This document shows positions 1 through 7,397 of a DNA stretch of 64,000 bases, in pieces. How positions within the stretch are numbered: position 1 is the stretch's first letter; each line of letters opens with the position of its first letter. The notes under the pieces are model-generated. The model ran no database searches and was not told the DNA's origin. It worked only from the letters and a program-made list of their open reading frames with translations. The position numbers and the translations under genes are program-made. This stretch comes from Patescibacteria group bacterium (GTDB taxonomy: Bacteria; Patescibacteriota; Minisyncoccia; Phycocordibacterales; XYD1-FULL-46-19): assembly GCA_048617235.1 (NCBI GenBank), contig JBMCHT010000001.1, positions 118,043 through 182,042 on the forward strand, given 5' to 3'.

Positions 1-971
1 AAGATATAACACTAAATAAAAAGCCCCTTCCCAAGCATGAATTCTTCTGGAGATACCGGAAATAACAAACAAGAAAGTGGCCAAAACCATAACCGGTAAA
101 CCAATAGTTAAAGTTTGTTCATCTAAAATCAAGGTGTTAAACAAACCCGGAATACCTACTACCATTAAAATATTAAAAACATTAGAGCCGAAAATATTAC
201 CCAAAGCCACCTCCGAATTACCTCTTAAAGCCGCTTTAATGGAAACCAACAGTTCAGGTAAAGAAGTACCCAAAGCCACGGCTATAATGGTAATTACCCC
301 AACCGCTACATTAAAAATTAAAGATAACTCCACTAAAGCATCAACTAAATATTTAGATCCAAAAGCTATTCCCAAAGATCCAATAACCAAAAACACAAAA
401 TCCCAACCGGACCAATTAGATTTCTCTTTACTTTGATCATCTTTTTCTAAAGCAGTATTATTGTCTAAAGATTGATTATTCAAATGTGGATTAACCTCTT
501 TAAGTTCAAGACTATCAGAAACCTCTTTATATAAAATGGTATATAAAATGTATATTACAAAGGCCGAAAACATTAAGAGGGCTTCACCAAAAGTAACCAC
601 TCCATCAAAAACCACTATAGCAAAAATAATTGTACTAGCAGCCAATAGAGGTAAATCCAAATCAATTAAACTTTTACTAACCATTAATTGTTTACCGGCA
701 ATAGAGGCTACTCCCACTACTAATAAAATATTAGCCACATTAGAACCAATAGCATTAGCAGCCACCACTTCAGTCACCCCCTGCCAAACAGAAACTAAAG
801 ACACTACCAATTCCGGCAAGGAAGTTCCAATACTGACAATAGTCACTCCAATAATAAATGGCGACAACCCAACCGCCAAACCCAAACGCTCGGCACTTTC
901 TATTAACCAATCAACTCCTTTAACCAAAACAAATAAAGAAACAACAAACACTACCAACCAAAAAATTGTCA
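1..971 (-). CDS. CaCA-family Na+/Ca2+ (cation/Ca2+) antiporter, YrbG-like; C-terminus runs off the window start
   Basis: Reverse-strand translation from the ATG at 971 gives MTIFWLVVFVVSLFVLVKGVDWLIESAERLGLAVGLSPFIIGVTIVSIGTSLPELVVSL... A second alpha-repeat follows: ...ALGTSLPELLVSIKAALRGNSEVALGNIFGSNVFNILMVVGIPGLF. The two G(T)SLPEL and GNIxGSNxxNIL alpha-repeats are the CaCA signature. The plus-strand ORFs 77..436 and 536..979 are its antisense shadows. Confidence 0.8.
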
Positions 972-1023
972 TAAAATAATTAATCTAAAAAATAAAAACA
1001 AACAGAGTAATTATAACATTACC

Positions 1024-1070
1024 TAAAAACAATAAACAATAAGAAAGCCGCCTCCCGGAGGAAGCGGCTT
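1024..1070 (-). terminator. Rho-independent terminator downstream of ddh (hairpin also readable on the plus strand)
   Basis: GC hairpin aagccgcctcc-cgga-ggaagcggctt, followed on the minus strand by a T-rich run (ttcttattgtttattgttttt). Confidence 0.5.
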
Positions 1071-1083
1071 GTTTGGAAAAAGC

Positions 1084-2112
1084 TTAGACGAAATGAAGCA
1101 TCTCTTCTTCCGACTCGAAAAAGAGATGGCCGGAGGCCACAGCCAGGGAGGAAAAAGCCCCCACTCGACCGGCTTGTTGGAAATTGCAAGTAGCTCGGGC
1201 GGCTGCCAACAGAATCCGAGCGGTGGCTTCGGCATTGCTTTGCCACTCCACCCGAAACTCCATCAAGCCGTTATCGCTTTTGGCGATAACCAGCCCGTCA
1301 TGGGGCATCCCCGGAAAACGATGGTAGAGTTCCTCTTGCAAGACAAACTCCACCTCTGTCTGAAACGGAGCGAAATAGCCGGGCATGCCGATTATAGCCT
1401 CCCGAATTCGCTCCCGTTCCCTACTGTCTACTGATTCCGTAGCTACAATACACTGTCGCCAGTGCATGTCGCCGGGGGTAAAAACCGGATTTTCTCCGGC
1501 TCGCACCCACTCAATCGCTTCTGGTTTGGCGTGAGTGAATTGACGGGCATCCACCACCCCCGGAATACTCCGGATGGCATCGGAATGCCCCATAGAGAGA
1601 CCTCCTGTCTTCGTCAAACCGTAAAAGGCATACGAGCGAACCCCTTCACCCAAAACGGCTTGAAAAAGAGCTCTCATGTTGGAAAAGAGCCCGGGATCCC
1701 AGCCTTGGCAAACCAAGGCGGTGTGACCGGTGGCTTTGGCCACCAGATCCATCTGGCGGAAATAGCCGATCCGGGGCAGGCCGGTCTCTTCATCTAAATA
1801 CTCACCGACATGGTCGTGAGTATCGAATGAATCAACCGTATTGGCCAAACCGGCCCAATACGGTCCCTGAACCGGCAAATCTGCCTTGGAGCCGCCACAC
1901 AAGATGGCCACATCGGACTTTTTCGCCAAAAGAGACATCATCCTACTGCCCCTTTCAGTTCCCACAACCAGATTCTCCGGAGCCCCGTCCCTGATGGCTC
2001 TCACCGGATTTCTGGTGACAATCCCCCTTACCCAAATCTTGGGGTGTATCTTTCTAGTCAACCGAAAGACGGTCTGGCCAATGTTGCCAAACCCCACAAT
2101 CACAATATCCAT
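1084..2112 (-). CDS. ddh: meso-diaminopimelate D-dehydrogenase (Ddh)
   Basis: 342 aa. N-terminal Rossmann motif IVIVGFGNIGQ. Motifs matching Corynebacterium Ddh: QGWDPGLFS, LSMGHSDAIRSIPGV, HWRQCIVA, GMPHDGLV. GC content is about 55% against about 35% in flanking genes. Confidence 0.8.
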   Translation of the reverse strand: MDIVIVGFGNIGQTVFRLTRKIHPKIWVRGIVTRNPVRAIRDGAPENLVVGTERGSRMMSLLAKKSDVAILCGGSKADLPVQGPYWAGLANTVDSFDTHDHVGEYLDEETGLPRIGYFRQMDLVAKATGHTALVCQGWDPGLFSNMRALFQAVLGEGVRSYAFYGLTKTGGLSMGHSDAIRSIPGVVDARQFTHAKPEAIEWVRAGENPVFTPGDMHWRQCIVATESVDSRERERIREAIIGMPGYFAPFQTEVEFVLQEELYHRFPGMPHDGLVIAKSDNGLMEFRVEWQSNAEATARILLAAARATCNFQQAGRVGAFSSLAVASGHLFFESEEEMLHFV

Positions 2113-2201
2113 TTCATTCTCCTTTCTCGGTCAAACAAATGGCCGATTTTGTATCTAATCCATCTCTAACATAAAAAAATACTTCTGTATATAACAAAAA
2201 A

Positions 2202-2837
2202 TTATGATTGTTTCAATTGATCTATTTTATTTAATAAAGAATGAAAACCATCCTCAAAGGCGGCATACCATTGACCACGAGGGCCTTTTCTCCAATTTTC
2301 TTGAGTAATTTCAACCATCTTGCCGGTTTCTTTATCTCCCACTTTTTTACCTAAACCTCTAGTAATCTCATGCGCCCAATCCTTAAATTGCTTCATTAAA
2401 GTTTTACGATCTTTACTGATAATCTCAGTAAAAATACCTTCAATTGAAAAAGTATCTAGACCGCCAAAAGCATAATCAATTCTTGGTCTTGATTTGTACA
2501 CAAAGGACTGGATTAACAAACTCTCGGTTATATCCAAAGGTTCTAAAAAATTTTTTATTTTAGATTCATAATTACTACCTAAATCCTTTTCCATATTTTG
2601 TCTAATTTCCTGTATTTTATCTTCTTGGCGAGCTTTATCTCCCAATCTTTTAAGACTGGATTCTAAATTAGTTATATTTTCCATAACTTTTCTTTTTTCA
2701 TCTTCAGAAACCCTATTATTATTTTTAGTCAGTTTTTCCAATTCAGATTTTAATTGCTCTAAAACTGAATTAAATAACTCTAAATCAGCCTCTTCTGAAG
2801 AAGGTTGGATTTTATCTTCATTTGCAAAATTTTCCAT
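2202..2837 (-). CDS. hypothetical protein, N-terminal coiled coil
   Basis: 211-aa ORF with AT-rich, host-like composition. The N-terminal roughly 110 aa are heptad-like and charged. No recognisable catalytic motif. Confidence 0.45.
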   Translation of the reverse strand: MENFANEDKIQPSSEEADLELFNSVLEQLKSELEKLTKNNNRVSEDEKRKVMENITNLESSLKRLGDKARQEDKIQEIRQNMEKDLGSNYESKIKNFLEPLDITESLLIQSFVYKSRPRIDYAFGGLDTFSIEGIFTEIISKDRKTLMKQFKDWAHEITRGLGKKVGDKETGKMVEITQENWRKGPRGQWYAAFEDGFHSLLNKIDQLKQS

Positions 2838-2912
2838 AATATCTTAAAAAACTTAAATTTTAATCTCCGAATAACTGACTATACAATAATATAAAAATTA
2901 ACAAATTTAAAA

Positions 2913-4169
2913 TTAAATAAAAAATTGAGTATTTAGATTCACTATTTTTTCAATTTCATCAAATTCGGCGTCAACCGGCAATTCTCTAAAAAAGGAACCG
3001 ATCCTTAAACAATAAATTGGATATAAAGCTTCTAATATTTGTTCTTTTTCCAATATTTTGGTCGTTTGTCTGAAATGAAATAGAAAATCATAAAGAATTT
3101 CTGCCCAAAAATCAACTGCTAAATAAATATGTCCATCACTTGATTCAGCACAATTCTGTAATTGAATAAATATCTTAGGTTTAACAATCTTTTTTATAAT
3201 ATTTGAACTATTTACAAAATTATCTTTAAAAGCTCTTAAATAAAAAAGAGTTTCTTGATCTGGATTATAAAGTTGTTTTATTTTTTCATTTATTTTTCTT
3301 TTTGGGAATATAAAATGATTTTTGTTTATTTCTAAAAAACCAAAGAGACTACCAATTATCTGAATAATAGCTTTTTTATACTTATTATCCACCACCGGTA
3401 AAGATGAATGGGATATAAATCCTAAATAAGGTTCTGCTATTTTTTTATTATTTTCTAACAAAAAAGCGGTATAAAAAATATCAATACCATAACCTGAAAT
3501 GTTTTCAACAAACCAATAAGATTCACTTATATTATTTGTAAATATAGCTAATTCTTCAACAATATCTCTGGTAAAAGATCTTAATCCACCCAACGGATGT
3601 CTGGGGGTTTGATTATAAAAAGCAGACAAAACCGGAAAAGCAAAATTATTGGTTGTTTCTGCATCATAGGCTCTGCGATAAACAGTTGGTATAACAGCAC
3701 AAGATTTTTTATCAAAAAAAATGGGTTCCAATAGTTTAACAATCCAATCTTGATTAATATTAGTAACATCGGCATCAAAAAACACTATTCCAAATTTAAA
3801 CCACTTAGCTATATCAACAAACAACCTCAAACTCCAACCTTTTCCAACTAAATTTTCATTTTTAGATAAACCAAAAAATTTAATATTTTCATCTTGTGGT
3901 AATTTAATTTTTTCAATTTCAATATCAGAGTAAAATTCACCAATAACCATTAAAAGAAAGATTTTACTGGGATAATTTTCTTTTAAACCTGATTGGATTT
4001 TTAAAAGAGTAGATTGAACCGTTTCTAAACTTTCTCGAGAAAAAGGTACCCCGACCACTATATCTAATTGTGAATCCGAAATATTATTAAAATCTAAAAT
4101 TTGATTTAATAATTTAGAATAATCTGAATTTTTAGATTGATACTGTCTATTATTTGAGTTAATAATCAT
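2913..4169 (-). CDS. glycosyltransferase-like protein (GT-A fold suspected, DxD motif)
   Basis: 418 aa. Contains FFDADVTNINQDWIVKLLEPIF, a DAD (DxD) motif in a GT2-like context, and LDIVVGVPFSRESLETV near the N-terminus. The family assignment is tentative. Confidence 0.4.
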   Translation of the reverse strand: MIINSNNRQYQSKNSDYSKLLNQILDFNNISDSQLDIVVGVPFSRESLETVQSTLLKIQSGLKENYPSKIFLLMVIGEFYSDIEIEKIKLPQDENIKFFGLSKNENLVGKGWSLRLFVDIAKWFKFGIVFFDADVTNINQDWIVKLLEPIFFDKKSCAVIPTVYRRAYDAETTNNFAFPVLSAFYNQTPRHPLGGLRSFTRDIVEELAIFTNNISESYWFVENISGYGIDIFYTAFLLENNKKIAEPYLGFISHSSLPVVDNKYKKAIIQIIGSLFGFLEINKNHFIFPKRKINEKIKQLYNPDQETLFYLRAFKDNFVNSSNIIKKIVKPKIFIQLQNCAESSDGHIYLAVDFWAEILYDFLFHFRQTTKILEKEQILEALYPIYCLRIGSFFRELPVDAEFDEIEKIVNLNTQFFI

Positions 4170-4194
4170 ATTTTCATCTTACTAAAATAAAAAA

Positions 4195-4425
4195 AGCGTT
4201 CACCGTGGTGGACACTTTAGCCTGTTGTTCTGGTGAGGAGTTTCCGACCTCCCACGCCCCCAGCCACAAATCTATACACTGCGGATCCAGCTTTGATTGT
4301 GTTTCGCTCATCTATCCGAAGGAGAGCGATCCGGGCTCAGTCCTCCCTGAGTATACGGACTCGAGCTTCCGTATGTACACCAGAACAACAGACTGCTATT
4401 AGCAAATATAAACTATATAAACTAG
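4195..4425 (-). ncRNA. GC-rich structured element: candidate ncRNA or cis-regulatory leader, alternatively a MITE-like element
   Basis: A roughly 200-nt segment of about 55-60% GC sits in an AT-rich intergenic region. A perfect 14-bp complement ctgttgttctggtg (about 4219-4232) and caccagaacaacag (about 4388-4401) closes it. Internal hairpins are present, e.g. gtatacgga/tccgtatgtac. On the minus strand it ends with a hairpin plus T-run (GUCCACC-ACG-GUGAAC-GCUUUUUUUAUUUU), about 25 nt upstream of the start of the glycosyltransferase-like gene. The six-frame ORFs here have no RBS. Strand assignment is tentative. Confidence 0.4.
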
Positions 4426-4483
4426 ATAGTCAATGCTATTTAAATACTTAATTTGTTAAAGTAATCTTATGAGATTTGAGAGT

Positions 4484-4822
4484 TCAAATAATCAAACAAC
4501 CACACTGTTTCTGTTTTAAAAGCTCTTTTTGTTCTTTTGGGGTATTAATAAAAATTCTTTGTTTAATTTGACCTTTGGCTAATTTTTCATCCAATGGTGA
4601 ATAATGATTATAGCCCCGCTTTTTAAATTCTTCAATTAATTTTTCATGTCTTAAATAAAGAGCCTTTTCTTTACCAACCCAACGTAAAGTTTCCGGATGA
4701 TAAGCATAACCTCCTGTCAATTTATGCTTGGTTAAAATATTCCACAAACCGTGTAATTCCCGGTGCTCGGCTAATAAATGCTTCCGACATAAATATTTTG
4801 GATGAATATCCCAAATGCGCAT
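4484..4822 (-). CDS. pyrimidine dimer DNA glycosylase-like protein (T4 endonuclease V / Pyr_excise-like family)
   Basis: 112 aa. N-terminus MRIWDIHPKYLCRKHLLAEHRELHGLW aligns with the T4 endoV / PBCV-1 PDG N-terminus (MTRINL..L.DQHLMAEYREL). ...LYLRHEKLIEEFKKRGY resembles ..FLRKRQIELIAECLKRGF. Confidence 0.5.
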   Translation of the reverse strand: MRIWDIHPKYLCRKHLLAEHRELHGLWNILTKHKLTGGYAYHPETLRWVGKEKALYLRHEKLIEEFKKRGYNHYSPLDEKLAKGQIKQRIFINTPKEQKELLKQKQCGCLII

Positions 4823-4905
4823 AATATTTTAATAATATATAAACCAAATTTAATATCCCTACCTATAATTTTTATCAAAAAGAAAACATTAACAAGAAAC
4901 TCTAT

Positions 4906-5601
4906 TTAATTAGAAACTTTATAAATTAAATGAAGATAAGAATTCTGTAATTTATTAACCGACTGAAGCTCTAATGCTTTTAGTTTAAACAATTCATCTT
5001 TTGAATGAAGGGATTCTCCGTCCATTAAGGTAGCTGTATCTTTTCCTCCAATCATTGCCGGGGCTATCACTAAAGAAATGTAATCTATCAAACCATTTCT
5101 AATAAACTTAGCATTTAATGTCCCACCAGTTTGAACAGTTACACCTTCGGCTCCGAAATTATTTTTTAATTTTGAAAACATGTCGGTAAAATCAATTTCA
5201 TTATCATATTTTAAAATCTCTATATTATCTAACTCTGCTTTAAGTTTAAAAACCGGGTGATCTTTATTAGTCGTAACTAAAATTAAGCTTTTTCCTTTTT
5301 TAGATATATATCTAATACCATTTTCATTTAAACGTGGTTTATTGTCTATCACTACAAAAGTTACCGGGATTTTAATTGGTTCATCAGTCTTTTCATTAAA
5401 ACCGATTTTAGAAAAAACTCGACCGGAATTTAAAGAGAAAAAATCTGTTGTCTTTTCTATTTCATAATATTGGCCAAGCCCCTCCTTTAAACCATCAATT
5501 TTCGGAAAATCCGAATCAACATCCATAATATCCGTATCTCCGGTTGAGATCTTTCCATCTACGGAAGAAAGCATAAATAAAGTAGTAATTGGTCTGTTCA
5601 T
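4906..5601 (-). CDS. RibD C-terminal domain / dihydrofolate-reductase-like family protein
   Basis: 231 aa. TLFMLSSVDGKIS at the N-terminus and VQTGGTLNAKFIRNGLIDYISLVIAPAMIGG are hallmarks of RibD_C (YwjB-like) reductases. Confidence 0.55.
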   Translation of the reverse strand: MNRPITTLFMLSSVDGKISTGDTDIMDVDSDFPKIDGLKEGLGQYYEIEKTTDFFSLNSGRVFSKIGFNEKTDEPIKIPVTFVVIDNKPRLNENGIRYISKKGKSLILVTTNKDHPVFKLKAELDNIEILKYDNEIDFTDMFSKLKNNFGAEGVTVQTGGTLNAKFIRNGLIDYISLVIAPAMIGGKDTATLMDGESLHSKDELFKLKALELQSVNKLQNSYLHLIYKVSN

Positions 5602-5649
5602 AAAAATTAATATAATGTAGATTTAAAAACTATATATTCATATATAATA

Positions 5650-5690
5650 TAACTATTTTAAAGAAAAGAAAACCGCCCTCCAACGGTTTT
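5650..5690 (-). terminator. Rho-independent terminator for the 5711..6076 gene
   Basis: Hairpin aaaaccg-ccctccaa-cggtttt, followed on the minus strand by cttttctttaaaa. Confidence 0.5.
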
Positions 5691-5710
5691 CGTTGTGGGC
5701 GACCTTACAC

Positions 5711-6076
5711 TTACAACAAGCTCACGGCGTGATCGAAATCGTTGATCCAGTGTTTAGTGAGGATTTCACAAATCACTGGCAAACCACCATCAACATCAAC
5801 AATCTCCATCCATATGTGAACTTGCCCTTTCCCCCCATCGAACTCAGGATAATCCCAGATTGCCTTTGGGCCAAAGCTGACACTCCCACCACACTCAGAG
5901 GAGAAATGAAGTCGGTAAATATCCTCTCCAATAGGAGGAACAAAATCCCTCTCCAAAATATAGTACCATCCCTTTTTGAGGATCTCGGGATCAAATGCCC
6001 CTTCATCTTCCTCCCCCACCTCTATAGATTCGATGAAATCACTCCCAAACTCATTAAAGAGTAACAAGAACTTCAT
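5711..6076 (-). CDS. hypothetical small acidic protein
   Basis: 121 aa counting from the ATG at 6076. That ATG is preceded by a strong SD, AAAGGAGG, 8 nt upstream. The gene has moderately elevated GC and terminators on both sides. The overlapping plus-strand ORF 5693..6064 has no RBS. Confidence 0.5.
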   Translation of the reverse strand: MKFLLLFNEFGSDFIESIEVGEEDEGAFDPEILKKGWYYILERDFVPPIGEDIYRLHFSSECGGSVSFGPKAIWDYPEFDGGKGQVHIWMEIVDVDGGLPVICEILTKHWINDFDHAVSLL

Positions 6077-6361
6077 TGGAAAACCTCCTTTCAGTTTGTT
6101 GTTCACATGTTACTGTACAATCCATTTTCAATTATATAGTCTTTTTTTATGTTAGTCAAGTCGAAACGGTTCGAATGTCCAGTAAACCCCAACCAAAATA
6201 CCGCCCACTAAGGCGGTATTATCTGGGGCTCCCCCTTTTGGACGAGTTTAGAACTTTGGATTGGGATAAAATAAAGAGGGAATTTGAAGAATTTGGGATT
6301 TTTGGAATATTTCCAAATCTACAACTTTAGAACTAAAAACTATCCTGATACAATTGTCTTA

Positions 6362-6856
6362 ATGAAAAACTTAGCATTTATTGACTGACAAAATCTATAT
6401 ATGGGAACCAAAAGTTGCAACCCTCCCTAGAAAGTTGATTTAGTTAAATTTAGAAAATATTTACTAGATAAGTACCAAGTAAATGAAGCTTATTATTTTT
6501 TAGGTTATGTTCAGAATGAAAATGAAGAATTGTATGACAAAGTACAAAAAGCGGGATTTATTTTAAAATTTAGAGAACATAATCCAGTAATGCTTGGTAA
6601 GAAAAAAGGTAATGTTGATTCTGATATTATTTTTGAAATAATGAAAAAACTCTATCTAAGAGAAGATTTTGAAAAAATTGTTTTAGTATCTGGTGATGGT
6701 GACTACAAAATGCTTGTAGATTTTTTAATTGAAGAAAATAAATTTGCTATGTTATTGTTTCCAAACGAAAAATTTGCTTCTTCTTTGTATAAAAAAATTA
6801 AGTCTGATCACAAGGCTTTTCTGGAAGATAGTGACATTAAAAAGAAAATTTCTTAA
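6362..6856 (+). pseudogene. NYN-domain (LabA-like) protein pseudogene
   Basis: ATG at 6362 encodes MKNLAFID-TGA-QNLYMGTKSCNPP-TAG. The TGA falls exactly at the conserved Gly of the NYN FIDGxNL motif, consistent with GGA>TGA. Further stops and frameshifts follow. The distal part, reopened as a TTG-start ORF at 6530..6856, still encodes the NYN core: ...YYFLGY...KGNVDSDIIFEIMKKL...KIVLVSGDGDYKMLVDFL. Confidence 0.55.
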
Positions 6857-7019
6857 TTAAGACAAAGCTATATAATAAAAGAAAAAGGCCCCTTAGGTAT
6901 TTAGCCGTTCGGGTCCTTTTTCGTCTTGATATCTATATAGTTACAAATTTACAGAAAAAGTCAAGTATTATAGGTAATGTGTACACTCTTTTGGCACACT
7001 TTATTTTTCTTTACATTAG

Positions 7020-7334
7020 CTCCGCGGGCAGGACTCGAACCTGCGACCAATCGATTACACTTATCCTAAAATTACTTCTAGGGGTGGACTATATCATCAT
7101 CATATTTGTAAAAAACAAACTTAGATGCGAGGCGCTTCCCCTCCGATATTTTCGGAGAGTACTCCTAAAAAGGATAGTCTCTGAACCTTCCCTATCTATA
7201 ATTATTATCAGGGCTTGGCTGCTGATTGCCCTATTAGGGTTTCCAGCAATTCACCTCGTTATTCACCTTTAGATTTCTCTAAAGGGCTGCAACTAACTTA
7301 CAGTCGACCGCTCTACCAACTGAGCTACCGCGGA
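7020..7334 (-). tRNA. tRNA-Asn(GUU) interrupted by a group I intron in the anticodon loop. Exon 1 is 7300..7334, exon 2 is 7020..7057.
   Basis: Minus-strand 5' exon: UCCGCGG-UA-GCUC-AGUUGGUA-GAGC-G-GUCGA-CUGU. This gives a canonical D-arm, G18G19 and U33. Minus-strand 3' exon: UAA-UCGAU-UGGUC-GCAGG-UUCGAGU-CCUGC-CCGCGGA-G. This gives the T-arm GGUUCGAGUCC and an acceptor fully complementary to the 5' strand. Joined, the loop is CUGUUAA with U1-A72 and G73, matching E. coli tRNA-Asn. A separate intact tRNA-Thr(UGU) exists at 50634..50706, which argues against the Thr alternative. Confidence 0.65.
7058..7299 (-). ncRNA. group I self-splicing intron, about 242 nt, no ORF
   Basis: The 5' splice site follows U35. 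P1 forms between exon CUGU and the intron GCAG, with a U-G wobble at the splice site. P2 hairpin is CCUUUAGA-GAAA-UCUAAAGG. P3 is UGAAU/GUUCA. The catalytic-core P7 is ...UUCAGAGACUA... paired with ...UAGUC.... P8 hairpin is UCCU-UUUU-AGGA. A terminal omega-G sits at 7058. Confidence 0.65.
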
Positions 7335-7397
7335 ATATTTAATTTAATAAAGACCAACTGTCTAAATACTAGCAAAAAGAAATAAAAAAGCCAAGAG

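Noticed and set aside
77-979. Plus-strand ORFs 77..436 and 536..979 (119 and 147 aa)
   Set aside because: They are low-complexity antisense translations of the minus-strand CaCA antiporter gene, whose alpha-repeat motifs (GTSLPEL, GNIFGSNVFNIL) read cleanly on the opposite strand.
1069-1797. Plus-strand ORFs 1069..1434 and 1462..1797
   Set aside because: They are antisense to the well-supported ddh gene. High GC inflates spurious ORF length.
4205-4451. 65-aa and 72-aa plus-strand ORFs inside the GC-rich element
   Set aside because: They have no RBS and overlap in different frames. The region shows extensive self-complementarity typical of RNA structure or terminal inverted repeats rather than coding sequence.
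5693-6064. 123-aa plus-strand ORF overlapping the 5711..6076 minus-strand gene
   Set aside because: The minus-strand frame has a strong AAAGGAGG Shine-Dalgarno and its own terminator. The plus-strand frame has neither.
6362-6390. TGA at a conserved Gly codon as evidence for genetic code 25 (UGA=Gly, Gracilibacteria/SR1)
   Set aside because: Long conserved genes (rpoB, rpoC, dnaE, gyrB) are intact under the standard code. TGA is used as a genuine stop (e.g. tsaC at 10752-10754). Additional TAG stops and frameshifts follow in the same gene, so it is a pseudogene.
6979-7272. 97-aa plus-strand ORF with a GTG start
   Set aside because: It lies entirely over the minus-strand tRNA 3' exon and the group I intron. 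It has no RBS and its sequence is junk-like.
7298-7303. Alternative anticodon assignments for the split tRNA (Tyr GUA or Thr UGU)
   Set aside because: - GUA would require splice sites after A and before A, which is incompatible with the group I U/omega-G rules, and a class I tRNA-Tyr is atypical for bacteria.
- UGU, with splicing after U33 and before U34, satisfies the U/G rules but gives a poor P1 pairing (exon ACU against intron AGU).
- An intact tRNA-Thr(UGU) already exists at 50634..50706.
- The Asn solution gives a 4-bp P1 with U-G at the splice site and an exact match to the E. coli tRNA-Asn loop and identity elements.
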